Shown: positions 1 through 11,193 of the stretch, one piece after another
How positions within the stretch are numbered: the first letter of the stretch is position 1
Layout: each line of letters opens with the position of its first letter
Assembly (NCBI RefSeq): GCF_006345805.1
Contig: NC_043005.1
Coordinates: 97,836,001-97,900,000 of the forward strand
Length of the DNA: 64,000 nucleotides
Direction of reading: 5' to 3'
Source: Octopus sinensis
Taxonomy: Eukaryota
Notes under the pieces: generated by a model
Seen by the model: the letters and a program-made list of their open reading frames with translations, nothing else
Database searches by the model: none
What the model was told of the DNA's origin: nothing
Translations under genes and position numbers: made by a program

Positions 1-375
1 AGTAGTGGGGGAGCATCATAGCCATGTGTTGAGAGGGATTCTTTGGGGTTTGAATAATTCACCTCTGGAAACATGGGTGGTTCTTTCAACATCCTTAAAC
101 AACCCTTTTTGAGGGACCTTTTGAGTGGGATGGGTTACTCGACCAGAAGAAAATTCTAACTGGGCCCCACCTGCAAGGTCATGCACTGTTTATCTTGATA
201 TGAGATCACCATGTCAGGCACATATGGTTGTGATGCATGTGCCTGGTGTACCCTTATCAGACAGGTAGTCATGATGGGTATACTGGGCTTCGTATATTTT
301 ACCCCAGTGTCACATTGATGGCATGCACTGCTCTCTCACTTAATGATGATAGTAATAACAACAACAACAACAACA
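1..375 (+). mobile_element. Unclassified interspersed repeat 3' end with (AAT/AAC)n tail
   Basis: Non-coding sequence ending in an aat/aac simple-repeat tail at about 345-378, typical of retroposon 3' ends; family not assignable. Confidence 0.3.
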
Positions 376-479
376 ATAAAGATTATAATGCTGACAGCAG
401 AATGGAATTTAGATTGAAAATGTGTGGCATGTTAGTCTTGAATTAAACTAAATGCATGGATGAGTTAGTGATGCTATTA

Positions 480-1640
480 GGGAAGTTATGTAGCAAATAG
501 AAGTGGGTTATAAATACTTGGAGATACTGGAAATGGACAAAACAATGGAGGAGGAAATGATGGGGAAATTTAAAGAGACTTGCCCTTAATTTGAAATTGA
601 CTGGATGGAATAAGATTGATGCTATCAAAACATGGGCAGTCTCACTCCTTAGATATGGAGCAGAAGTAATCGCGAGGATAATAGAAGCACTAAGCTTAGA
701 CTGAAATACAAGAAGGCTGTTGACTAGAGCGATACAGACAGACTGTTTGTACCATGAAAAAGGAGAGGAAGAGGACAGTTTGGGAGCAAACACAGCAATA
801 GAATAGAAGAAAACAACACATACTGTACATAAAAAGTGCTGCAGGACTGCCATTGTTGGAAGTAAGAAGGTTAGTCTCATGCAAATTTGAAGATTGCAAA
901 ATAGGACAAAGAGAAAAAGGTGGTTATGAATGGCTAAAAGTGATTTAAAACTGGAAATGGAAGCCTTAATCTTTGCTGCTTAAGAGCAAGAATTAAGAAC
1001 TAATTACACACATCAAACACAGAGTATACTACACAGTGGAAAGTGATGGATGCAGAATTTGCAGAGATAATGGGTAAAATGCATGGCACATTGCCAGAAA
1101 GAACATAAGTGGTGGCATGATAACATGGCAAAGATAGTCCATTGGGCATTTTGCAACAAATATGGAATTGACAGAGCAGAAAAGTGGTACAGACATAAAC
1201 CCAAGGGCATTATTGAAAATAATAATGCAAAGGTCTTGTGAGACTTTATAAGTCAGTGTGACCATGAGACAGAGAGTGGGAAATCAGGTACAATGATAAT
1301 TGAGAAAGAAAGCAAACAGTGTTGGATCATAGATATAGCATGTCCAGCTCCCAACAAGGTATGCGATAAATAGTTATAGCATGTCCAACCGCCAATTAAG
1401 TAAGTGATAAAGAAGAGAAAGAATCAATAGGTATGATAGATTCGCTTGGAAGGTTAAACAGGTGTTGTTACTGCAACAGGTGATAGTAATACCAAAAAGT
1501 GTCAAAACCTTAGGAATGGTAATTAAAGATCTTGAGAAATACATTGAACAAATAGGGATTACAATATGGGTGGATCACTTGCAGAAAACATTACTGCTTG
1601 AAACAGCTCAAATGCTCTAGAGGGTGCTTGAAAAATAAGG
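480..1640 (+). mobile_element. Degraded R4/Dong-like (restriction-like endonuclease) non-LTR retrotransposon, 3' part
   Basis: Broken-frame translation gives YKYLEILE, IKTWAVSLLRYGA, KSDLKLEMEALIFAA*EQELRTNY, CRIC, WHDNMAKIVHWAFCNKYG..KWY.HKP, KVL*DF..CDH, CWIIDIACP and LQKTLLLETAQML*RVL. This is the RT C-terminus, CCHC knuckle and RLE order of R4-clade elements. Confidence 0.75.
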
Positions 1641-1789
1641 GGTGTTACCTCAGTTCAATGGTAATGAACAACTGATACTATAATACATCTCCAGTATTAG
1701 ATGCTGAGCAAAGAAAATATATTGATGATAATTGTATTCGTAAACCATGAGATAGTGGTTTCAATTCCTCCTCCTCCTCCTTGTTATTA

Positions 1790-2025
1790 ATATCATTAAA
1801 ACAGGGGTTAACTGCCAGAATTGCTAGCATTCCAGACCAAATGCTTTTATTTTGGCTTTTATGTTCTGAGTTCAAATTCTACCAAGGTCAACTTTGCCTT
1901 TCATCCTTTCAGGGTTGATAAATTGAGTGCTAGTGAAATACTGGGGTCGATCGATGTAAGCGACTAGTCCCATCCCTCCTAGTTTGAGGCATATGTGCCT
2001 TTGGTAGAAAGGATTATTATTATTG
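1790..2025 (+). mobile_element. SINE family C (degenerate)
   Basis: Contains ttctgagttcaaattc..ggtcaactttgcctttcatcctttc, shared with copies at 27603, 49075 and 55808; (ATT)n tail. Confidence 0.6.
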
Positions 2026-2029
2026 ATGA

Positions 2030-2310
2030 GGATGTATGGCCTTGTGGTTACGATGTTACTCTCATGATCATGAGATAGTGGTTTCAATTCCTAGATTGGG
2101 TACGGCATTGTGTTCTTGAGCAAGATACTTCATTTGACATTGCTCTGTGATCCCTTCAACACCCGATGTTTGGTTGGTACACCATGCAATGTCGATTCAA
2201 TGGAGGGAGTGAGCTTAAGTACAGCACATACATTTGATCACCATAAGCAAATCATTTTGTGCAGGTAGTTAGGCAGAAGCTGAACACCTGCACATTTCAA
2301 AGGGAAAGTC
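2030..2310 (+). mobile_element. tRNA-derived SINE
   Basis: A-box-like tggccttgtgg, B-box-like ggtttcaattcc, and core gtgttcttgagcaagatacttca shared with the 6619 and 47075 copies. Confidence 0.6.
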
Positions 2311-2427
2311 CATCATCAGCTTTGTCATCATCATCATCTTCCTCATCATCATCATCATCGTCATCGTTGTCATCATTATCTTCATCATCATCATCATCAT
2401 CATCCTCATCAACGTCGTCGTCATCAT

Positions 2428-2470
<43 letters not shown>

Positions 2471-3135
2471 ATCATTGTCATCATCATCGTCATCTTGATC
2501 ATCATTATCTTCATCATCAACTTCATCTTCATCATCATCCTCATCAACGTCGTCGTCGTCATCGTCGTCATCATCATCTTCATCATCATCATCATCAACG
2601 TCATCGTCGTCATCGTCGTCATCATCATCTTCATCATCATCATCATCGTCATCGTTGTTGACGTCGTCATCATCGTCATCATCATCATTATCTTCATCAT
2701 CATTATCTTCATCATCATCTTCATCATCTTCATCATCATCAACGTCATCATCCTCATCAACGTCGTCGTCGTCATCGTCGTCATCGTCGTCATTGTCGTC
2801 ATCGTCATCATCATCGTCATCATCATCATCTTCATCATCATTATCTTCATCATCATCTTCATCATCTTCATCATCATCATAGTCATCATCCTCATTAACG
2901 TCGTCGTCATCGTCATCATTGTCGTCATCATCATCATCTTCATCATCTTCATCATCATCATCATCATCAACGTTGTCGTCGTCATCATCATCGTCATCAT
3001 CATCATCGTCATCATCGTCATCGTCATCGTCATCATCATCATCATCATCATCATCGTCGTCGTCGTCATCGTTGTCATTGTCATCGTTGTCGTCATCGTC
3101 GTCATCATCATCATCATCATTAACTTCTTCATCTC
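2310..3135. repeat. Compound trinucleotide tract (CAT/CGT/CTT/TAT) with higher-order internal duplications
   Basis: About 820 bp in an unbroken 3-bp register; the block aacgtcgtcgtc recurs near 2411, 2546, 2759 and 2897. Confidence 0.95.
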
Positions 3136-3211
3136 CAAATACTTAAAATTTGTTTGCTGAAATCCTTGGAAATGAGTGAATTCATAATGATAATAAAGCC
3201 ATGAATTACCA

Positions 3212-3235
3212 GAGAGAGAAGAGGGAGAGGGGAGA

Positions 3236-3274
<39 letters not shown>
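3212..3274. repeat. (GA)n microsatellite
   Basis: Directly visible. Confidence 0.95.
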
Positions 3275-3275
<1 letters not shown>

Positions 3276-3944
3276 AGTTGTATCTTATAATTGATCAGTA
3301 TTTCTGGTTTAGCCCCTTATTCTCTGCACCCTCATCTCCCTCTTTTGAAGGAACAACTAAAATATCAGCTCCCATGCTATGAACCTGATTGGAATAACGC
3401 TTGTTTTTTTTTAACGAAGTTTTTGAAAATAGCTTAAAGGTAATTTTTCACAACAGTTATTTTTGTTACGAAGATTGTAATGAAGAGGAAAAGAGAATTG
3501 AGCTTATTGTAAAGGCTAAAACGGAAAATCTGATTAGCAAATAATCAATTTGTTTGCATTATTTGCAGGGTATAAAATGAAAGATATAAATAAACTTTAC
3601 TGAAAAATTAACTTTAGTAGTTTCACCATAGAATTAAAATGGAATAAAGGAGAAAAAGAAAAATATTTCTAAGAAAATAATTGTAGCTTTATCTGCCAGA
3701 AATTGCTTGTAGTAAAGCATAGAAAAGTAAAGTAAATTGATCTTATTAGGGAGAAACTTCTGGAAAATATTCTCATTGTTATCTTTGATGACTACGTGTT
3801 GTTGAATCCATCTTGCCCCAAACGCTTTAAGAAAACCCATTATTCATAAGTGACTTCCCGAATGTATTCTGAGCTATATTTAGCAGTCACTGCTATAACT
3901 GTAGTGAGAATGTTGTTCATAGAAAACTTATGCTTATGCAAGTA

Positions 3945-4190
<246 letters not shown>

Positions 4191-4191
4191 T

Positions 4192-4580
4192 CATCATCAT
4201 CATCATCGTTTAATATCCACATTCCATGCTGGCATGGGTTGGATGGTTTGACATAGAGCTGTCCAGACTCCAGTTGTTTCTACAGCTGGATGTGCTTCCT
4301 AATGCCAACCACTTTACAGAGTGTGCTGGGTGCTATCTTTGTATCACTACCATGGGCCCATTTATGCAGCACCAGCATGAGTGTTTTCTATGTGGCACTG
4401 GTACCTGATAAGACAAGACTGTATGTTTGGAAGACACCGATTTTAGTTAGCTTGGCACATCAAATGCAACAAATTCCCACATCTCCCAGTCTCTTGTCAT
4501 TTCTTCAGTGAAGCCCAGCATCCAGAGATCCTTTCTCACCACTTCATCCCACATCTTCCTGGTTTTACCCTTTCCACAGG
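4192..4580 (-). mobile_element. 5'-truncated RTE LINE 3' end (family A) with (ATG)n tail
   Basis: Tail catcatcatcgtttaa, conserved ccatgctggcatgggttgg and tttctacagctggatg motifs; 4480-4580 reverse-translates to the RTE C-terminal G(R)xRKxWDEVV motif. Confidence 0.75.
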
Positions 4581-4581
4581 T

Positions 4582-4770
4582 CGACCAGGGCAAGAATCTG
4601 ATGATTTTTTACCTTGGCTTTTGAATTGCACTATAATTCTATTAACAGTAGCAAGAGGAATTTGAAGATTTTCGACAATTTTCGCTGGCTAAGATCAGCC
4701 TCAGATTGCCCACCAATACAACCTCTTTCAAAATCTGACAGTTCTGCTGAATTTTTTTGTGTGTGGCAAG
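4582..4770 (-). mobile_element. Tc1-like transposase N-terminal (HTH) fragment
   Basis: Minus strand with one frameshift reads PHTKNSAELSDFERGCIGGQSEADLSQRK/IVENLQIPLATVNRIIVQFKSQGKKSSDSCPGR, matching the Tc1 ELSDFERG..G....G.S.R.IA HTH; truncated by the RTE insertion. Confidence 0.65.
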
Positions 4771-4904
4771 GTTACTCTTCGCAAATGTTTAATATAATGG
4801 CATCTGGAATGAAAAAGAATAATTACATTGTAAATTCTATCCGCTGAGAACATATTAAGACCAGAAATTTTGAAAATTAAAGGTGTCTATTTACTTCCTG
4901 CATG

Positions 4905-4910
4905 TCTGTA

Positions 4911-4947
<37 letters not shown>

Positions 4948-5026
4948 GAAGTGTTATCGCCACAACAGAAATGTAAAGACCTATCATCCAAAGCAGAAGT
5001 GCTAAAGCCACAACATGAGTACTATA

Positions 5027-5059
<33 letters not shown>

Positions 5060-5090
5060 ACATATACATATATACATATATACATATACA
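4905..5090. repeat. (TA)n / (TACATA)n microsatellite
   Basis: Directly visible. Confidence 0.9.
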
Positions 5091-5722
5091 AGACCTGGCA
5101 AGCCAAGTGAGACCATGACCATGGCCTATGCTAGTGCAGCATAACCGGCCCATTTAAGAGTACCCCTCAATCATTGGGCAATAAACTGCACTTGATAAGG
5201 CCTGTCGAGTCAAGTGAAGTCATTGTCATGGCCGATGACAGTACTACCTGATTGGCACCCGTGCTGGTGGCACATAAAAGGCACCATTTGAGCGTAGTTG
5301 ATGCCAGTGCCACCTGACTGGTCCTGTGCCAGTGACATGTAAAAAGCACCTTTTGAGCATGATCATTGCCAGTGCCCCCTGACTTGTTCCTGTACTGGTG
5401 GCATGTAGAAAGCACCATTCAAGCATCGGTTGTTGCCAGTGCTACCTGACTGGCTCCCATGCCGGTGTGGCATGTAAAAAGCACCACCTAAGCATGTTTG
5501 ATGTCAGTACTGCCTGACTGGCCCTCATGCTGGTGGCACATAAAAAGCACCCACTACACTCTCAGAGTGGGTGGCATTAGGAAGGGCATCCAGCTGTAGA
5601 AACTTTGCCAGATCACATTGGAGCCTGGTGTAGCCTTCTGGCTTGCCAGCCCTCCGTGAAACAGTCCAACCCATGCCAGCATGGAAAACGGATGTTAAAC
5701 GATGTTGATGATGATGGTGATC
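5091..5722 (+). mobile_element. RTE 3' UTR (family A) with about five tandem 60-66 bp units
   Basis: Repeated core tg(c/t)(c/t)ggtggca(c/t)gtaaaaagcacc, then ggcattaggaagggcatccagctgtagaaac, ccatgccagcatggaaaacggatgttaaa and an (ATG)n tail. Confidence 0.8.
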
Positions 5723-6099
5723 ATACATATATATACATATGAATATAAACAAATAAGGATAAAAGGGAAAGTTGATTTTGGTGGTATTTGAACTCAGAAA
5801 GTAAAGAGCTAGAACAAATACTGCCAAGCACTCTTTCCAACGATCTAATCCTACTGCCAATTCACTGCCCTTCTAAGAATAAATTTTTAAAAAATGAGCT
5901 TATTGTCTGTAGAACTTAAGTGCATTACAGTTCATCAGAAAAGGGCGAAGAAGAGGACAGAAAGCAACTATGAGTCAAGTAAAGAAAACAGTTATAAAAT
6001 CCAAAAATACTTGCACAATACACAGAATAAAACGTAGAAAGACAGGAAAGAGAACAATAAAAGACCCATAAAGAGAAAAGGGTACATAGGTATGTCAGG

Positions 6100-6590
6100 G
6101 GCAGCGCTTGCAAATTTTGGGAGCCATGGTATGTCCTGGCAGCAAACAATGTAAGTAGTTTATTCCTTGATTTGATAATCCCAAGTGGGAGGAAAATGTT
6201 TCTGTAAGTCAAGAATGCTGCACAATTTAAAAAAACAACTTATTTTATAAGCGTGTCCATGGGTGGTAGACATATTGAATTCAAAAAGTTGGCCAAAATT
6301 GTTGTTGGAAAGATGGCGGATGCAGTAGGCTTCTGCAAAGTCAGCTGCAAGACATTGAAACTTTAGTTGTATCAATGCCCACAAAAGCAAGACACTCGAG
6401 ATTCAATATATGTCTAGCTGCACTTCTCTGAATGGCATCTTCCAGCAGATTGATATCATGGACAAGATGAATGTTCCGGACCAGAGATGTAAGTGTGAAC
6501 TGCTTCTTATAGATAGCTAGCGAGTGGTCAATAGAAACCATACTGAGTGAGGCTAAGGCATCATTTAGCCATTTTGATGATTTTAGAAAT
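6100..6590 (-). mobile_element. CR1/L2-like LINE 3' coding fragment (degraded)
   Basis: Minus strand AIYKK...HLVHDINLLEDAIQRSAARHI and THGHAYKI..QKHF resemble the CR1 C-terminal D..LLE.VQRRATR and TRGH..KL..RK.FF motifs. Confidence 0.55.
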
Positions 6591-6618
6591 GTAGGTTATC
6601 CAAAGCAAATCATTATTA

Positions 6619-6875
6619 GGGAGGCACATGGTTTAGTGGTTAGGGTGTTGAACTCATGAGTGTAAGATTGCGGTTTCATTTCCTGGACTGGGTGACGTGT
6701 TGTATTCTTGAGTAAAACACTTCATTTCACATTAATTCAGTCCATTCAGCTGGCAAAAACGAGTAATCCTGTGATGGACTGGCGTCCTGTCCAGGTGCGG
6801 AATATATACACTATGAAAGTGGGAACTGGCCTTTATGAGTCGGCATGACCCAAAAAGGTAACTTTACTTTTTTAC
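6619..6875 (+). mobile_element. tRNA-derived SINE (family E)
   Basis: Head ggaggcacatggtttagtggttagg (A box), ggtttcatttcc (B box), core ttcttgagtaaaacacttca, tail cctgtgatggactggcgtcctgtccagg. Confidence 0.7.
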
Positions 6876-7189
6876 CTTTAAATCATTGTTGACAATAATG
6901 CCTAGGCCTTCTTCACTCCTTAAAAGTTAGTGTTGTGGAGGTAGTCTGTAAATTTCAGGTTTCTCATCCCCAAATGTATAGTGGTGCCCTTGTCAGCAAC
7001 CAACTTGAGTTGCTGCTAGTCAGCAATCTGTAGCTGTAATTGCAGGTCAGATTGCAGGAAAAATCTACAGCATAAAAGATCTGTTCTTTTTATCTCAAGA
7101 TATAGTTCAATGCTGTCTGTATATTTTAACTTAGTAACATACTTCAAGTTTCCATCTATTCATGAATAGATACATCTAGTTCAAAACAG

Positions 7190-7455
7190 TTGATCTGATC
7201 CATGGTACAACCTGCTTGGGAAATTAATGCACATGTGGCTGAGCACCCGACAAACACATGTAACCTTAATCCAGTGTGTCATAGAATGTGACAAGACTTG
7301 CTCTTTGAAATACAGGTGCTACTCATTTTTATCAGCTGAGTGGACTGGGTGAAATAAAGTGTCTTGTTGAAGGCCACAGTGCTCTGCTGGGTAGCAAACT
7401 TGTGGTCTTATGATCATGTGTCGAATACCCTAACCACTTAGCCATGTGCCTCCAC
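7190..7455 (-). mobile_element. tRNA-derived SINE
   Basis: Minus-strand head gtggaggcacatggctaagtggttaggg, same type as 6619 and 8007. Confidence 0.65.
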
Positions 7456-7719
7456 CATTGCAAGTCAACATGTGCAAGAATGATATGAGCAACTTGGAAG
7501 TTCCAGAGAGTCAATATTCTGGGAAGGAAGGACTGTGCTGTTGTAATTGTTTTTTCTTTCGTTATTGTTTTTTTCTTTCGTTATTGTTTTTTCTTGTTAT
7601 TTGATTCTTCTGCATAGTGATTAGTATAAGATATGGAGAGGGTTCCTTAGACACAGCAAGGGTGAGAAATCATTATTATATATGGCTTTTAAAACAGCAA
7701 ATGGCTGTTTGATTGTCTG

Positions 7720-8007
7720 TTCCTTCTCAAGCCATGCTTGGCTCATAAGGGCCAGTTTCCGATTTCCTTGGAGTATAGGTTCCCCACCTGGATGGGGCAC
7801 CGGTCTGTCGCAGGTGAGCTACAAGATGCAGGAGGAAAGAGTGAGAGAAAGTTGTTATGAAAGAGTCAGCAGAAGTTCGCCATTACTTTCTGCTGGAGCT
7901 GTGTGGAGCTTAGGTGTTTCGCACATAAACACACACATTGCCCAGTCTGAGATTCGAACCCACAATCCCTCGACTGCTGCTCTAACCACTAGGCCATGTG
8001 CCTCCAC
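7720..8007 (-). mobile_element. tRNA-derived SINE (family D)
   Basis: Minus-strand head gtggaggcacatggcctagtggttagagcagc..gggttcgaatctc; body (gaaagagtgagagaaag, gtggagctt.aggtgttt) shared with 36184-36495. Confidence 0.7.
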
Positions 8008-8684
8008 TTAAATGGCTGTTTACATAAAACTGTGAAAGGTTTTAATTTAAATATGGATAGTTTTGAATCAGAAGTAGGGAGGGATCTCTAGCAGGTTGGT
8101 ATCTGGTGAATGAACTCAAAGAAACAGACAACAGAGCTGATCCTGACCAAATTCAGAATCTCAATGCAGGCACAGAGAACTAAATACTGTAAGACATTCA
8201 ATCCGGTGCTTCATCATTTTGGCCATTATCCTGATAATGAGCAAAGTTAACGCTGCATGTGACTAAAAGGGAATTCTGATGTGTTCTATTAAAAATTCTG
8301 TACCAATGGTAAGAGGCTTTAAAAATAAAAATTGCTTTGTTTCATATCTGTTTTGTATTGGAGTAAATTCAAAGATGAGGGAAATATCTAGAAGAATATT
8401 TATTAGGTTAAAATTGTCAACAGAGACAGAAATGAACACAATTTCAATAACATGTGTGTATATGAAGCAGGGCGATGGTGATGATGGTTGAATGCAAATA
8501 AGAAAATGACAAATGTGCAATGACAGATACAGTGATGATATCGTAATATGTATGGAGAACATGCTTGAGATAAATCTTAATGAAACATTTCTCTGAGAAA
8601 AAATATTAAAAAAAACCCTCATTAGCATGGGTGTTTTCACTCCACCCTTTATTTTCTGAAGCAATGAAGTCAAAATGCTAATAT

Positions 8685-8960
8685 ATATACATGCGTATGT
8701 ATGTATGTATGAATATATATATATACATACACATGCATATATATATATATATATACATATATGCACACATACATATATATATGCATATACACACACACAT
8801 ACACAAATACACACACATATTCATATATGTGTGTCTGTGTGTGTGTGTGTGTATATATATATATACACACACACAAACATACACACATATGTACACACAC
8901 ACACATACATACATACAAACACACACACACACACACGCACGCACACACACAAACACACTA
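8685..8960. repeat. Compound (TA)/(CA)/(TG) microsatellite
   Basis: Directly visible. Confidence 0.9.
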
Positions 8961-9605
8961 CATGAAATATTCCAAAGGTCACGCATGATTTATTGTCAAA
9001 TGTCAACTAACCTGATCTTTCTCATACATAACTGTTTTGTTAAATTTTCTTTTATGCTGTTGTTATTATTGATTGTTTTGTTACTATTTCTTCTGCTTCT
9101 TCTTCTTATTCTCATTGCTGTTGTTGTTGCTGCTGCTGCTGCTGCTTGTGGTTTCTTCTCTCTGTAAATGAAACATGCAAACTAATTTGATGGCACATTC
9201 TTGTAAGCAATCATTTTTTTTTTGCACTTATCTATATTTTAAACCATATATGGACAGATTTTACCAACATTTACCATCACAATTTTTTTTTTTTTTTGTG
9301 CTGTTTTTTTTTATAACTATAATTTATTTCTAACTTATTTCTGATTCACAGATACTTTCATATATCTAAATATGGAACATAAGCAGTGGAGCAGAAATAT
9401 ATGCAAATTTACACTGGTTTTGTCACAAATTCAGCAGAAGCCACTTCAAATGAAATCTGATTTGCAATTTCATTGGTGGATTTTTTTTCCCCGTTATAAA
9501 CATACAAAGATGTGATGGGTTTATATAAAGTAGAATTGGTAGACGGAGAGATTAGAGAAGAGTTAAAGATTATATGCCTATCTGCACTTACGTAGGAATG
9601 TCTAA

Positions 9606-9664
<59 letters not shown>

Positions 9665-9720
9665 AATATATATATATATATGTATATATATGATGATGAT
9701 GATGATGATATATATGTATA

Positions 9721-9779
<59 letters not shown>

Positions 9780-9835
9780 GTATATATATATGTATATATA
9801 TATGTATATATATGTATATATATATATACTATATA
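9606..9835. repeat. (TG)/(TA)n microsatellite with embedded (ATG)n
   Basis: Directly visible; abuts the RTE tail. Confidence 0.95.
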
Positions 9836-11193
9836 TCATCATCTCATCATCATCATCATCATTTAGCGTCCGTTTTCCATGCTAGCATGGGTTGACGGTT
9901 CAACTGGTCTGGGGAGCCCGAAGGCTGCACCAGGCCAGTCAGATCTGCAGTGTTTCTACAGCTGGATGCCCTTCCTAACGCCAACCACTCTCCGAGAGTG
10001 TAGTGGGTGATTTTATGTGCCACCGACACAGGTGCCAGACGAGGCTGGCGAACGGCCACGCTCGGATGGTGTTTTTATGTGCCACCAACACAGGTGCCAG
10101 ACGAGGCTGGCAGACGGCCACGCTCGGATGGTGTTTTTATGTGCCACCGACACAGGTGCCAGATGAGGCTGGCAGGTGCCAGACGAGGCTGGCAGACGGC
10201 CACGCTCGGATGGTGTTTTTATGTGCCACCGACACAGGTGCCAGATGAGGCTGGCGGACGGCCACGATCGGATGGTGTTTGTTACGTCCCCAAAGCACGG
10301 AGGCCAGTCTATGCGGTACTGGCTACGGCCACGTTCGGATGATTTTCTTGTGTGCCACCGGCACTGGTACCACAAGATACAAATTCCATTTATGTTCATC
10401 TATTTTGATTTGTTTTGATTTGATTTGATTTTCACTTGCCTCAACAGGTCTTCACAAGTGTCACTTGCCTCAACAGGTCTTCACAAGTGTCACAAGAAGG
10501 AAGGTATGCACAGGTGGACTGTCTACGTCGCCGGGTCTTCGGATGGTGTCTTTATGTGCCACCGACACAGGTGCCAGATGTGGCTGGCGAACGGCCACGA
10601 TCGGATGGTTTTCTTGTGTGCCACCGGTACTGGAACCACAAAGATACAAATTCCATTGATGTTCATCTATTTTGATTTGGTTTGATTTTCACTTGCCTCA
10701 ACAGGTCTTCACAAGTGTCACGCGTGTCACACACTTGCCTCAACAGGTCTCCACAAGTGTCACACACTTGCCTCTGCCTCAACAGGTCTTCACAAAGTGT
10801 CACACTTGCCTCTGCCTCAACAGGTCTTCACAAGTGTCATAAGAGGGAAGGTATGCACAGGTGGACTGACTACGTCGCCGGGTCTTTGGATGGTGTTTTT
10901 ATGTGCCACCGACACAGGTGCCAGGTGAGGCTGGCGAACGGCCACGATCAGATGGTGTTTGTTGTGCCCACAGCACGGAGGCCAGTCGATGCGGTACACC
11001 AGCTACGGCCACTTCGGATGGTTTTCTTGTGTGCCACCGGTACTGGAACCACAAAGATACAAATTCCATTGATATTCATCTATTTTGATTTGGTTTGATT
11101 TTCACTTGCCTCAACAGGTCTTCACAAGTGTCACACACTTGCCTCAACAGGTCTTCACAAGTGTCATAAGAGGGAAGGTATGCACAGGTGGAC
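9836..11193 (-). mobile_element. RTE LINE 3' UTR arm (tandem-array UTR plus (ATG)n tail), inverted relative to the adjacent body
   Basis: Family A terminus at 9836-10000; about 56-bp units gtgccacc(g/a)acacaggtgccaga at 10010-10270; higher-order units with atttgattttcacttgcctcaacaggtcttcacaagtg near 10420, 10680 and 11095. Confidence 0.9.

Noticed and set aside
1746-2092. 24-bp direct repeat catgagatagtggtttcaattcct (1746 and 2069) as a TSD
   Set aside because: The second copy is an internal part of a SINE head; the first is more likely a stray SINE fragment.
4614-4847. Plus-strand ORF with an apparent cacag acceptor
   Set aside because: The acceptor lies within an RTE remnant, and the antisense strand encodes a Tc1 HTH.
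5190-5560. CRISPR-like repeat-spacer pattern (also 10010-10270 and 37256-37390)
   Set aside because: The spacers are homologous to each other, there are no cas genes, and the array is contiguous with an RTE ORF end and (ATG)n tail.
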